Shown here piece after piece: positions 49,657 through 62,347 of a stretch of 64,000 nt of DNA. The number at the start of each line of letters is the position of its first letter. Position 1 is the stretch's first letter. The stretch spans positions 4,544,001-4,608,000 of the forward strand of contig CH464491.1 in NCBI GenBank assembly GCA_000002445.1, written 5' to 3'. The translations under genes were made by a program, and so were the position numbers. The stretch comes from Trypanosoma brucei (lineage: Eukaryota). The notes beneath the pieces were generated by a model that saw only the letters and a program-made list of their open reading frames with translations, was not told where the DNA came from and ran no database searches.

Positions 49657-51105
49657 ATGACAAAGCTAGCTGTGTATTCAGTGGCAATAGGATTGCTTCT
49701 GGAATTTCAATCTCAGCTGAGCGCAGCAGGACAGGTCTCAGAGCCAGCCAGCAAAAAAGTAGGATCACTCTGCTCGGAACTGAAGTATCTAAAGATCGCA
49801 GCTTCGGAAATTCAACAAACGGCAAGCCACGGACGCTCCCAAGCGCAGAAGCTACAAAGCTACGCTGATGCATGGCTTTTGCTTGCCCTAAAGACACCCG
49901 ACGAACATACGAAACTAGCAACACTGGCACTAGCAGCATACACTAGCTCAGAAGCGGCCCAAGCAACAGTGAGAGTGGAGCAGCACAAAACACTAGCGGA
50001 GAGCGCGTCACAAAGATTCTTACAGAGAGCGGCGTACACCGAAGCTTTGTTGTACTCGGATACATCGATTCAGGAGCAAACGCCGACAGCAGACACCGCC
50101 AGCAGCCCAAAAACCTGCACATTCACAACAACGTTCACACATCAAGCCCCGACGAACTGCGCCCTAAACGCAGACGAAGCAGCTTTCCTTGGAAGCAACA
50201 AATTTAAACACAAAGGCGTGACGCACTTGCATATTCTGAAGGAGACGGAGCTCAAGCCTCAGGCGACCAAAGTCGTGGCAACGTTAAAAGGCACGGTGAC
50301 CAACCTAGACAGAACCGCAACCGGCGTCTGCTCAGACACAACAGCCAACACCAACGACATCTCAGCAAAGCTACAAATAACGCCGACAAGCAAACAAACA
50401 GACGCAACCGGCTACCCCATCACGGAAAGCGGGCAGACAACAGGGGCCTGCCTCAAACAGGCCGAACGAGAGAAACAGACATTACGGTCCCGTGAATGCG
50501 TAGCGGAGCCTTTCTGCGAGTACACCAAGCAGCCCTTTCCACATGTCACAGACCCAGAAAACTTCAGCGGCAGCGAACTCAAAAATAACGCTTTAATCAA
50601 AAATTTATACAGAGAGAGCTGGCAAGTATACAGCGGCGAAAAAATAGAAGACTCTGACGCCGAAAAACAGCTCGAAAAGATATTTGGCGACAACAGTCAA
50701 AAATTTTAAACCAATTTCGTTACGCTACTAACAAGCACCAGGCTGCTAGTGGTGGCCGCAGCAGCTGAAAATGCAGAGGACTTGCTTACAATAGCCAAAA
50801 AAACTCAGTCGGCACAAGCGATTATTTTTATCACATCAGCCAACAAGACGCCAGGAAAAGAGCAGAAACAAGAAACGTCGCAAGGAGGTGGCAAAAAAGA
50901 TGCAGCAGAAGACAAAGCAGGAGAAAATAAAGACGGGGATAATAAAACAAACGCAGCTGCATGCAAAGGAACTGAAGAGGGTAAATGTGACACAAAAAAA
51001 TGCGCTTGGGATAAGGACAATAAAGAGTGCAAAGTTAAAGAGGGGGCAGCAGTTATTTCTTATCTGATGAAGGTCCCTCTACTGCTTGCATTTTTGCTTC
51101 TGTAA
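49657..51105 (+). pseudogene. VSG: VSG that is full length except for a single in-frame TAA (50707-50709) at the N/C-domain hinge
   Basis: ORFs 49657..50709 (350 aa, signal peptide MTKLAVYSVAIGLLLEF) and 50749..51105 share a frame. The join reads ...GDNSQKF*TNFVTLLTSTRLLVVAAAAENAEDLL...CKGTEEGKCDTKKCAWDKDNKECKVKEGAAVISYLMKVPLLLAFLLL*. Confidence 0.85.
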
Positions 51106-51369
51106 TTAAGTGTTTAAAGATTTTGATTAATTTCATGAAATTCAAGAAATTTAGTATTTTGAGATGTTTTCTAATATTGTCTAAATTTTCTAATATTTCA
51201 TACATTTTAAAACTTTTCTATAAAATGTAAAATTTTTGAAATTTAAAAAAATAGAAAAATGAGTATGATAGTGACCTATGAATGTAAAGTAGTAGGGTTA
51301 TAGGGTTTAAGAAACGAATGCTGTCCTTATAACTTTTATTTTTGTTAATTTTTTATTTATTTTACGTAT

Positions 51370-51475
51370 ATCGTTAGGAAAATAGTAATGATAATCACAG
51401 AGGGTTGTGTTGTGAATGTGTGTATATACGAATATTATTATTAGAGGTGTTGTGGAAACTGGATTTGTGGTCAAA
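51370..51475 (+). repeat. 70-bp-type repeat
   Basis: aatagtaatgataatcacagagggttgtgttgtgaatgtgtgtatatacgaatattattattagag. Confidence 0.8.
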
Positions 51476-52700
51476 ATAGTAGCGCTTTAAACAGTTAAAA
51501 GGCTGAAATAGGGGTAAAGAAGTGGGAGCGAAGTATGAAGAATATTGTTAAATAAAACAAAGAGAGATATAAAAGAAGATGTAATTTTAACTGTTTCAAA
51601 CATAAACATGACCATCGGCATCATGTAAAAAAGAAATAAAGGAATATAACGTGCAAGCTAAATTGAATGGCTTTAACTAACATAACGAAGCGGTAATAGT
51701 TGAGAATGACCAAATGAATCATTTCTAATATGCTTCTAAGAACTCTTCGATAGATGCATTTTTTCTAAAGAAACTTTCATGGATAAACAGCAACATAAAA
51801 AAAGGGAAAGAAGCTTATAAAGTGAATATAATTAGTCTATAATTTTTTTCTAATAAGAACTAACCACGCTTACCAAACAATACCCGAGAAAACAGCTGGT
51901 AACCTCATGAAAATAATATGCAAAGAGCGAAAAACACCACCAAATATAGAAAACCTAACGCAAAGTAGAATAATTAAGCAAAAAGGAAAGGAACTGAAGT
52001 AATAAATATATTATTGTATCATAAGATAGTGTGGAAGTTCTGACATTTAATGAGCTCTATATTCAGTCTAATTTGAAAGGGTATTAGATAGAACCGAGCT
52101 TTTTGTTGTCTTCTAGATTCAAGTATGTAAATGTGTCATCAATGAGCTGAAAAAACAGGTGTAGTAGTATAAAAGTGATGTGAGTTATAAGAGAGAAAAA
52201 AATACCGTCACAGAAGACAGAAAAATACCACCATCTTGCAAAGAAAATTAACCGACATGGTGAAACTTCGGTAGTATAGCAGTTACGATATCTGCTGAAG
52301 CAAAGGTGTAGCATGTAGCTTAAAAAACATAATAAACGCAACGAAGAAGAAAAGTTCAATACCAAAATGTCACCTGGAAAGACAACTCGGTAATACATAA
52401 TAAAGCTAGTTATAAATTTACACCACAGGCAAGCAAATACAGCGGCCGGCAGCTAGATGCAGACAACAAGCGAAAGTGCACAGAAACCGTTCCTCAACTC
52501 GGTGCTGAGCACCTAAAAGCCTGGCTAACAGCGGATGTACACGAAAAAACTGACCAATCAGGCGCAATACCGTGTAAAAGACAGGGTTTCATCCGCTAAT
52601 GCTACACTGCATCCTGTTTCACAAGGTAACAAAGCGATGTCACCCTCCAGCAAAACGAACTATCTCTTATGACACGCTAAAGAAAGTGCAATAACTACAC

Positions 52701-54176
52701 ATGAGGAAAGCACGGCGGAATTTTCTGGCTAAACTAGCGCTGGCACTCGCCTTCGCAGCGACCACGGTCGGAGTGGGCGGCGCCGCCAATGACAACGCCA
52801 AAGCATTCAACGCTCTCTTCACCATAATCCAGATAATGGGTGGGACACCCATGTTACCCCCAGCAGCGAGCACCAGCGACTTAGATTCCCTAATGACGGA
52901 CGTAAGACAACTAAATCTATCAGCATCAGAAGACACCCTCTATGACTCCAACTTTGAACCAAACACAGACGACGACAAAAAACCTGAAGAGTATAAAACA
53001 AACCGAGAAGCATGGAAAACAGCAAAAAACTTAATCGCAAAGGGGGAAACGGAAATTGAAGGAGTGAAGCTAACACGGCCAGGCGCCTCGCACGCACGCA
53101 AAGTCGCAAGCAATATCCTAAATCTGAGGCTAAAAACAATCACCGCCCTAAAAGACAAACTTAAAACAACAGTCACGGCGGAGGGAATACGCAGCGACTT
53201 GGATAAAGCTTTGTTCGGCAAAACGGGGAAGCGCAGCGACAAGGCAGGTGACACATACGCGGACTCGGGAGCCAGCGGCTGCGGCGACAAAAACCCAGCA
53301 GGGAAGTACCCAGGACTGTCGCTTTACTCAGACTTGTTGTGTCTTTGCTCGGTATCGGGCGGCGCATCGACCAGCTGCACAGGCAGTGCTCTGTCATCAG
53401 TCACGTACGGCGACGGCACACAAACAACACAAGCCGCAGCAACTGCGCTCGCAGCAAAATGCCCTAAAGCAGGCAAGGTTCAAGTAACGGCAGCCGAGCT
53501 AAGGCATGCCAAGAGCATTTTCACAGTAGCTCTCAAGGCGGATAAAGTAGCCGCAGTGCAGGCCGCAAATATTCTGGGTAATCCATCAGGAAAGCAATGT
53601 GATGGCGGAGCAAACGGCAATTGCGTTTACTACAAAGACACCAGGGCCGACGGCACGCTCGACATACAGTGGCTCACACACATAGACGATGCCATAGCGA
53701 AATTTGAAACGGCAGATCCGGAGGCGGCAGTCAACAACAGAATCGTAGCGCAAGCAGCGGCGTTAAAAGGGACCGCTCTAGCCGCCTATCTACAAATTTT
53801 AGAAGGCGATGCCCAAAAGCTGACAACGGCAACAGCGATACCAGTATTAAGCAGCACGGCGCCGAGCACAAGCGACTGCAACAAACACCGATCAAAAGAC
53901 GACTGCAAAGACCCCTGCAAATGGAACGAGAATGCCACTGAAAAAACTAAAAAATGCTCATTAGATCCCGTAAAAGCGGCAGAACAACAAGCAAACCAAG
54001 CAGTGACAGGAGAGGGAAAGAAAGAAGAGGTTCAGGGGAAACACGAAGGAGAGTGAAAATATGTTTGCAAATGGGATGAGAACACTTGCAAAGATTTTAG
54101 TTTCCTCTTCAATAATTAAATGAATATGATGATTATTGATTTTATGAGTTTTGTAGAATTTTAGTGTACTAAAAAA
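52701..54176 (+). pseudogene. VSG: VSG with an intact N-domain ORF (451 aa), a premature TGA, and a disrupted GPI signal
   Basis: Signal peptide MRKARRNFLAKLALALAFAATTVGVGGAA. The C-terminus reads ...DCNKHRSKDDCKDPCKWNENATEKTKKCSL...HEGE*KYVCKWDENTCKDFSFLFNN*. Confidence 0.85.
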
Positions 54177-54243
54177 CTTTGCTCCATTTTGTAAACATTA
54201 TGAAATTTTCTATTTTGAGAGGGTTTTTAAAATTTGAAACATT

Positions 54244-54259
54244 TGATATATTTTAACAC
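54244..54259 (+). promoter_or_regulatory. VSG 3'UTR 16-mer, exact match
   Basis: TGATATATTTTAACAC. Confidence 0.65.
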
Positions 54260-54399
54260 TTTTTGATTTAAAAATTGAAAATTATTAACTTTTTGCAATT
54301 TAAAAGATATGATAAAAATAAAATTTTGGTGTAATATCAGCCCATGAGTATACAGTTGTAAGGCGATAGGGCGACAAAACTGATTGTTATGCTGACTTT

Positions 54400-54540
54400 G
54401 TTTATTTTGCCTATTTTTGAGTAATAGTTAGGGTTATAATAGTATTAGGAAGATAATAATAATAATGATATAAGTGTAAGTGAGTGTATCTATAATAATA
54501 TAGTAGGTGTGGTTGTGAAAATAAAATGGATCACCTAAGT
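54400..54540 (+). repeat. 70-bp-type repeat
   Basis: tagttagggttataatagtattaggaagataataataataatgatataagtgtaagtgagtgtatctataataatatag. Confidence 0.75.
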
Positions 54541-56384
54541 AAAAGCAATTAAAACAGTGGCAAGGTACGATGGAAATAAGTAAGTGAAAGAGGAAGAGAA
54601 ATATTATCAAGTTAAATGCATAAAGTTAGATGGAAAAGGACAAAAAAAGAAAAAGAGAGGTATTATGCCTAGTTTCTGAAGCAGCTATGACGGTGATAAT
54701 TGCTAATAAGAAGAAGATGGATAGATCAATCAGTGAGAAAGCAGAGTCTAATGTACAGTCAGATCAATCCGCTATAAAATATGAAGAAATAGTAATTGAA
54801 GATGAAACATAAGTCCCAAAAATACAAAAAAGAATGGAGGAATGCGAAAAAAATACGGCAGAGCGAGGAGCTATAAAAGGACTATAGATCTCTACATTGT
54901 ACTCACAAATCGATAGATTCTACTTCAGAGATGGTGGCCCCTGTAGTTTTTTATTTAATAGCGAATGCTAATTTATGGCTCTGACAGAGAAGATAAGGAA
55001 GGGGGTATTGAATAGGTGTAAGGAAAATATCTTAGTTTTCTCGTCAAATGTAATACTAATAGCAAACATTTGTGTTTAGTAATATAATATTACGGGGGAA
55101 AAAATTAAAACTATGACTACCAATGCATTACCATGAATAGAATAATGAAAACACTTGAACTGCTAAAAATAGCGCATGTATAAACTGTTATGGAGCCTTT
55201 ATGAAGTAGAGAAAAACAATGCCACTATTTTTCAAGTTATGTATTTGCATACTGGAAAGATATTAAGAGTTTGAAAGAAACTAGGGCACACCTCCAAAAG
55301 TTCTCTGATATTCAGGTGAAAAAGTGGATTGATAAGACTAACGTTGTCAAAAAACACTTTACGAACTCAAACTGAAGGGTCTTATGTGGTTTCTGACTAT
55401 ATTATACAACAAGATCTAAAATAGAAACAGAAACCAAACCGTGTTCGTCAAAAAATGCCGTTACTTTTATATTCCAGCAGCTGTAAAAGCAAATAAAACT
55501 GTAGAAAGCAGAATCCGTTAAAAGCCGTAGAGGACGATATTAAAGACAAAAAGTATTAAATTATTTTAACCGACAAACGACTTGTATTCCGGAGAATAGA
55601 TGACAATTTATATATGAGAGATGAGAAAAGTTTAGATTCTTTTTAATGATGGTTACATGGAGTTTGGATTACAAGTCATGACACAACTTGAAAAAAATTG
55701 ATCATACACTAAAAAGGTGTGACACGTTAAAAGGAGTCGAGCAACGTTCTCACCAACAAAAGCAAGACCATATATACCCAATAATGATAAGAAACAAAAA
55801 AATCTATGAACAGCTGCTAGCTTCGATATTAGCTCAAACCACAGGGCTTGTACTCCAAAAACAAAAGAAAATAAGAACACCAATGCAGCTGACAGGCAAG
55901 CGAGGGCGCTTTCGTCAGCGATGGGTGAAGTATGCAGCTGAATTAGTTGCCAAACCAGTACTGATACAGTGGTAACTATAAAAAAATTCCAGTTGTGATG
56001 TGAGCTGAAGCTGTGTGAAATTAAGTGGAATTGTCATAAAGGAAATAGTGAGGATAGAAAGGATTGATAAATAGAGAGTCAAATGGTTGAATATTGCAAC
56101 GTAGGTGAGTTCAGAGAGCTACTAGAAGTTTCTCGAAAAGTGGTGAATGGTGCTAACGAATATTTAACCTAAACTTACCAGAAAATAATTTAACTGCAAA
56201 CACTACTGCAGACAATACGGCTCCAACGCAACAACTCTCACCCAAAACAGACTCAAGCAGCGACAGGAAACGCAACCAAATTCATCATTAAACACACTCT
56301 TAAAATAAGAGGAAGAATGCTGTATCGATTGGAGGGATACAGCTCAGACACTAAAAACAGACACTCGTTTAACTTCTTCTCTAA

Positions 56385-57995
56385 ACCTTATCACAGCTAT
56401 ACAAACAAAGTACGACGAGCACGGCAATACAGGCACAAAGACTTCTGTTAGCTTTAGATTTGATAGCTTTTCAGATTGAAGCAGCGAACAAAGACGCAGT
56501 AGAAGCAACGAAGCTGGCACAACTTTGCAAAAAAACTCTAGGGATGAGGAAAACTGCGGCGGAAGTCAAGTCTGACCTAGCAGCAGGAGATGCAAAGCTA
56601 GCTCAAACGGAACAGCTCAGGGACCAAATGACTATATATGGCTTGCTCTGGCAATCGAAAAAATCAAAGGCAATCGCGATGATAGCTGCACAAGCCACGC
56701 AAACCATCATTCATTCGTTTTACACGACGATGCAGCGGCAGGCAAGTGCAGGTATGGTAAAGGCGGCGACGACCGGTATACTCGGCGGGCAGATTATAGA
56801 GGCAATGAATTTGCTAGAACAGCTGAGGGCAAGCACAGCGACAACCAATGGAGCGTACTTAACTCAAACAGCGAGTGCAAAGGCGGACGCTCAACTTAGC
56901 CGTGAGCTAGCAGGCTGCAGCAGCACCGACATACCGACCTCAAGCGAACTAGACTCGACAAACAGATTCGATAGCACAGGTCTACAAGGGGAACTAGCAT
57001 CCGGCAGCGCGACAGGAAACGGTGGTTGCGACTTCACCAAATGCAATTTTATAGCACACCCACCATCAGACATAAAGTTTTTCGACGACCAAGAAATGGC
57101 AAACCAACTGAGCATAGTGGCCGGGCTGCTTTCAACGAGCTCCGGCGGTGTGACGTTTAACAACCCAGGAAGTTTAAAACACGATACGGCAGACTCACCA
57201 ACGATGCATGCAGTGCTCGCAGCAATCAAAGCAGCACACAACTACGAGCAAACACCAGCGACAGCGGCAATCGACCCCTTCAACGAACTATATGCCATGC
57301 TAGGTGCCGAGGGGAGATTTTCCCACGTAAACTTCGCAATAAACGGCAGATTCAAAGCACCAGAAGCAGGAGCATAACAACAGAACCTAAAACAGCAAAT
57401 AACAGCAATAATCAGCACCGATGCGGGCAAATTAAAAACCGAGTTCGTCGAAAAATTATTAGCGGAGGACTTAGACTTTCCACCGGAACTTCAACTAGAA
57501 GTAAAAAAGATAAACCAGATACCAACTGACAGGCTCCGTGAAGTCGCAACATTTTTACTTCAGCGACGCGGTTCTCAGGTTCCAGAAGCAAAACCATGTT
57601 CAGACCACAATCCACTGCCAAACCTGTCAAATTCGGAAACAGACACAACTTGCGAAAAGAAAGGGGTAGATAACTGCAAACCCCCATGCAAATTGGTTGA
57701 AGATAAAGGTGGCAAAAAGAAGTGCACATGGGATAAGGATGAAGTAACGAAACATGCAGCAGGAAATCAAGCAGGAACAGGACGGACAAGTGCCTGGGTA
57801 TATTGCAGTAAACGTGACACACTAGAGAAATGTAAGAAGGCCAACAAAGGCCAAACCACCAAAGTTTGCGGATGTAAGGGAGAAAATAGTGACGAAACTA
57901 ACAAATCCGGCTACAAATTCCGCTCTTCCAGTTTTCTTGTTAATAAGAAGTTTGCTCTGAGTAAGGCTGCTTTGATGAGTTTCGTGGTATTCTAA
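56385..57995 (+). pseudogene. VSG: VSG pseudogene. It has no ATG or signal peptide and carries a single in-frame TAA (57375-57377) at the hinge.
   Basis: The frame is open from 56385. The track ORF 56460 starts at a TTG. The join reads ...GRFKAPEAGA*QQNLKQQITAII...CKPPCKLVEDKGGKKKCTWDKDEVTKHAAGNQ...[26 protein letters not shown]. Confidence 0.8.
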
Positions 57996-58149
57996 ATGTT
58001 TTCTATTTTATGTGTGAAGAGATTTGCTAAAATTTGCAATATTTTAACACTTTGTGATTAAACTCTGCAAATTAGTCGAATGTGTATGATGGTGGCCCAT
58101 AGGTAAAACTTATTAGTAACACAGTGTTAAAAATAATTGATATTGTAAA

Positions 58150-58380
58150 ATGTATTCTAGTTCAATTTATTTTGATTATATAATAATAATAATTATTATT
58201 ATTATAACAAATAAAAATAAATAGTAATAATAAGATGAAAGTGTTGTAAGTGTGTATATACGAATATTGTAATAAAAGGAGTAATTATAATAATAGTAAT
58301 AATGATAATAATGATAGGAAAGTGTTGTGAGTGTATATATGCGAATAGTATAATAAGAGTGGTGGTGAAGGAATAATGAA
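58150..58380 (+). repeat. 70-bp-type repeats, about 2 copies
   Basis: ...aataataagatgaaagtgttgtaagtgtgtatatacgaatattgtaataaaaggag...aatgataataatgataggaaagtgttgtgagtgtatatatgcgaatagtataataagag. Confidence 0.85.
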
Positions 58381-59416
58381 GGTGTAAAAGAAGAGTACTT
58401 AAAACAATGGAAAGGGTGGAGTCGGTATAAGTGACTGAATGGAAGTGGATAAGAGGAAGTGGTACAGCTCGTAGGGGGAACATTATTAGAGGAGACACAG
58501 AGAAGAAAATATAATATTCACAGTGATAAACAGTAACATGGCGACGTGCTACATTTTACAAAGAAAGATGATGGAAGGAACAATAAGGGAGAAAGAGAAT
58601 ATAGTGTGAAGAAAAAAACTAAGTCAGTGCATGATATGCAGAAGCAGCGAGAGAATACAAAAAAGAAAAGAATATGTAGAATGAGATAAGAGGCCGCGCG
58701 ACAACGAAGCTGAGCACAGGCAAAAAGATTGAAGAGGAGATTGCACCCTGTATTTCACTCAAAGATGCATCGATGTATTAGCTTTTATGGTGAAGACTGT
58801 GTTTTTTAAACAAATAGCGGATACTTATAAACAACAGTGAATAAAAAGCAGTGGAAGTAGAAGATGGAAGGGATTAAGTATGTGTGACGTAACGCCAAAG
58901 TTTTTTCTCATTAGATATAATAATTTTGGCCGACTTATGTGATAAACAATATAGTATTATAGGAAAGAAAAATTTGAAACGAGGACTATCATTGAATTGC
59001 CGTGGACACCAAATAAAGAATAAATGTGCTGGGACTTCTCGATGTAGCGCATACATCAAGATTTAAAAGATATATATATAAATTACCGAAATTTCCAAAT
59101 TATACTCCTCCAACCACTTAGAGGCGCAACGACAACCCGTTAAAGCGATTTAAAGTATACATAGTTCATTTAAAAATACACACGGCCGCGGTATTGATAG
59201 GGATAAACAAGTAAACTCAAAAAGAAAAAGTGTATTCAGGACCGCAATTACAGAATAACAGATAACGACCGACACTTAAGCTTTAATACAGTGGAAAACG
59301 TCGAGCATATGCGAACGACAAATCGTCTATGACATAACTTCATTATGAATGCATCCACAAAAGAGGAGTTGGGGACCATTAGCAGCATGTGGAGACCACA
59401 AATAATAGATACATAT

Positions 59417-59450
59417 AAATATATATATATATATATCGATATATATCATA
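59417..59450. repeat. (TA)n microsatellite
   Basis: atatatatatatatatcgatatatat. Confidence 0.7.
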
Positions 59451-59568
59451 AGTAAAAATGCAAACTTGTTAAAGAATAATATTTAAATCATGCCACAAAT
59501 GACTTCCTTTTTTTATTTTATACAATGACTTTATGATGTATTCAAGGTTTTCATTAGTATGAAACTAA

Positions 59569-60678
59569 TATCTTATAAAGTATATAAGAAGTATTTGTGC
59601 GACTGTAGTTTCTTTAGTTTTTATTGTTATGGGAATTAATTTATTTGTATCGATATACAGCTTTTTTGGTGAGGGTGAACCTATTTCAGTTGAAATTGAT
59701 GAAAATGAGTATATGATATTTGTGTCCACTGATTTAAGGAGGATTTGGAAAACTAGAGATGATTTAGTTGTGGCTGGAATTCCCTCAATAGATAATGATG
59801 AAAGATTTAGAAGAAGGAATCTACAGAGAGAAACTTGTTGGAGTTACCATGAAGTGGCAAGAAAGTCAAATAATTTTACTGGGAAGTTGCTTATTGTTTA
59901 TGCTCTATCACCTCATACAAATAATAATCGCGAGTTTAGATAAATTGAAGAAGAAGCGGAGTTAAATCAGTATATTATTATTTTACCTGTTTGTGATGTA
60001 AATCCAACAACAAATAAAAAATTGGGAGATTCTGGTAATTGTGGTTGGGAAGTAGAATTCACTGTGAGTAGGAAAACATATCTGTGGTTCAAAGTTGCAG
60101 TGGAAATGTTTAAACCAACTAATCCATATATAATGAAAGCAGATGATGATATATTTATGAGGGTTTCATTGTATCTAAAATATCTGGAGGTGCTTCCAAG
60201 GGAGAAATTGAATATGGGAAGAGCAATGGGCCATGTTGACGACATCATTTGGAGGCTGAGATGGCACGCCGTTGGGTATGCAAACACACTTTCAAGGGAT
60301 GTCGTAAAAGAAATAGTTGGCTATTCAGGCCTTTGTAAACTATTATTCGAAAGAATCAGCTTTCGAAACTTTTATAAATACATAGATTATGGCGCGCTTA
60401 ACGAAGATATTATGATGGGCGAAGTTATAAGGAATAAGTTGAAAATTGAAGGATTGCTGACAGTGGATATGCAAGATTGTCATTATGTCATGCATGTAAA
60501 AAAGCCACTCGACACATTTGTAGAAGAAAATCCCAACCTTATTGTTTTTCACCACATTGCCAACGATGAATACAGATGGCTCATGTTACACTGTCAAGCC
60601 CCAGCGCCACATAACCAGCAGCCACCATCAATATTTCAAATTACAGCGTTTGGCATGAATTTACATGCTAGCTTCTAA
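59569..60678 (+). pseudogene. beta-1,3-glycosyltransferase-like pseudogene (GT31/GT67-type, UDP-Gal/GlcNAc-dependent). It has an in-frame TAA at 59941 and is probably N-terminally truncated.
   Basis: One frame spans 59569-60678 with a hydrophobic anchor ...CATVVSLVFIVMGINLFVSIYSFF, the stretch ...LLIVYALSPHTNNNREFR*, and then ...NPYIMKADDDIFMRVSLYLKYLEV.... The KADDD(I/V)F motif is diagnostic of the beta3GT family. T. brucei has a large family of such genes, some lying in subtelomeres. Confidence 0.6.
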
Positions 60679-60835
60679 AATTCAGCACAAGCGCAGCAGT
60701 TTGAGGTCAAACAAGTCCCAACTCAGTGAAACTCGTTTGCAGTGCATAATTTTTTTTACCTCTCCAAGTAACCCGACAGTCAAGCAAAAAGAAATCTAGA
60801 GTCAAAGGCCACAACATCTGACAGGCGACGATACC

Positions 60836-62347
60836 ATGCGACTTATATCTTTGGCAGTGGCTGCATTTATTGTACTACGCTCCACAAAACCTGCCAATAT
60901 AGCCGACGCAGCAAATAAGGAGGAGCATGCAGCGCTGTGCAATTTTATTTCCATGGCTGGGAGAGTCATAGCGGTACCAACGGTGCCACTGCTAGACACC
61001 GCAAGCTACGACTACATTCAGCAACTAAACTTCGCGCTCGGCGACCAGCAATGGCAAGAAAAGTTCTACAAAAAATCCGATAAGAAAGAAGTTAAAAATA
61101 CAGCAGCTGAGGCCGGCATAACAGGTGAGGGAGCAGCCGACATGTGGGCAGACCTAAAAAAAGCGGCGGAAGCCATGAAAAGTGATAGCCAAAATCCACT
61201 ACTCAAGGAAATAGAGGAAATGAAGCTAACAGCAGCGGCCAGGCGACTGGCAAAGGCCGAGCTGGAGAGTCTGGAAAATGAGTCAAGAGCGCTAAAAAAG
61301 ATGTATCCGGCACCACCCAAAAATGTCGACTACGAAAATAACAATCCCAAAAGCAAATTACTAGCAGCTTTACTTGGCGCAGGCAACGCAGACGTAGGAA
61401 CAGCAACAGGCCAAAAAGCGGTGGGAGCAGAAGCAACCGACACACGGCAAGCCACCTGTACAGCAGGCGAAAAAACAACGGCGAGGCCTGCAAGTGCTTT
61501 GGCAATGTTAGCTTGTGTATGCCAAAGCTCGGGCACGGCAGTGACAAACTTTATTTGCACAGAGAAAGCCAAGGATTCAAATGCATGGACGGCCAACGCA
61601 TACCCACACGACACCGGGCTACAACATATCGGAAAATCGTGCCCTAAACCGAGAACGGCTCCGATCACAAAGGCAGAATTAGAGGCCGCCCTAAACAATT
61701 TGCAAGCACTAATTCACGCCGACGGCACCAACGGTTATCTTGGAGCATACGTACAGACTGGTTGCGATGGCACATCGCCAAATGGCATCTGTGTGCAGTT
61801 CCCAGGGATAGCCGCAACAAACCCTGACGTCGCCACAAAGACCACATGGCTGTCAGATGTCACCGCCATAATAACAAATCTAAAGATCCTTGAACACAAC
61901 CAAGCAAAAGCAGAATACGTAAACAACCAAATAAAAGCCAAAAAGCACCAAGCACTCGCAGCATTAAGGCGAAGCAAAGCAATTGCTGTGGCCGTTCAAG
62001 TTCCAACACCACAAACCGCACAGCAACCACAAATTGACGTAAATACTCGATGCGAGGCACACAACAAATCTAAAACAGCATGCTTAGGAGCTAAATGCGC
62101 ATGGAAGGGGCAAAAGGATGATGACGGCCCATGCACACGAAGCGAACAACAAGCTGCAGAAGAGGAAAAACAAACAGCTGGAGAAGCAGTAACAGGAACA
62201 GAAACAGAAAAATGCAAAGGTAAAGGAGAGAAAGATTGCAAATCTCCTGATTGTAAATGGGAAATTAATGCTTGCAAATATTCCAGTTTTCTTGTGAATA
62301 AGAAATTTAATCTGATTATGGCTGCTTCTTTTGAGAGTTTTCTATAA
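60836..62347 (+). CDS. VSG: VSG, apparently intact (503 aa)
   Basis: A single ORF with signal peptide [25 protein letters not shown], an N-domain, and a C-domain ...[29 protein letters not shown]...[46 protein letters not shown]. Confidence 0.85.
   Translation: [503 protein letters not shown]

Noticed and set aside
60343-60555. ENPNLIVF in the glycosyltransferase ORF, considered as a 2A-like NPG motif
   Set aside because: It lacks the D(V/I)ExNPGP consensus, having no Gly-Pro after Asn-Pro. Only the ingi DVEENPGP at 4106-4129 qualifies.
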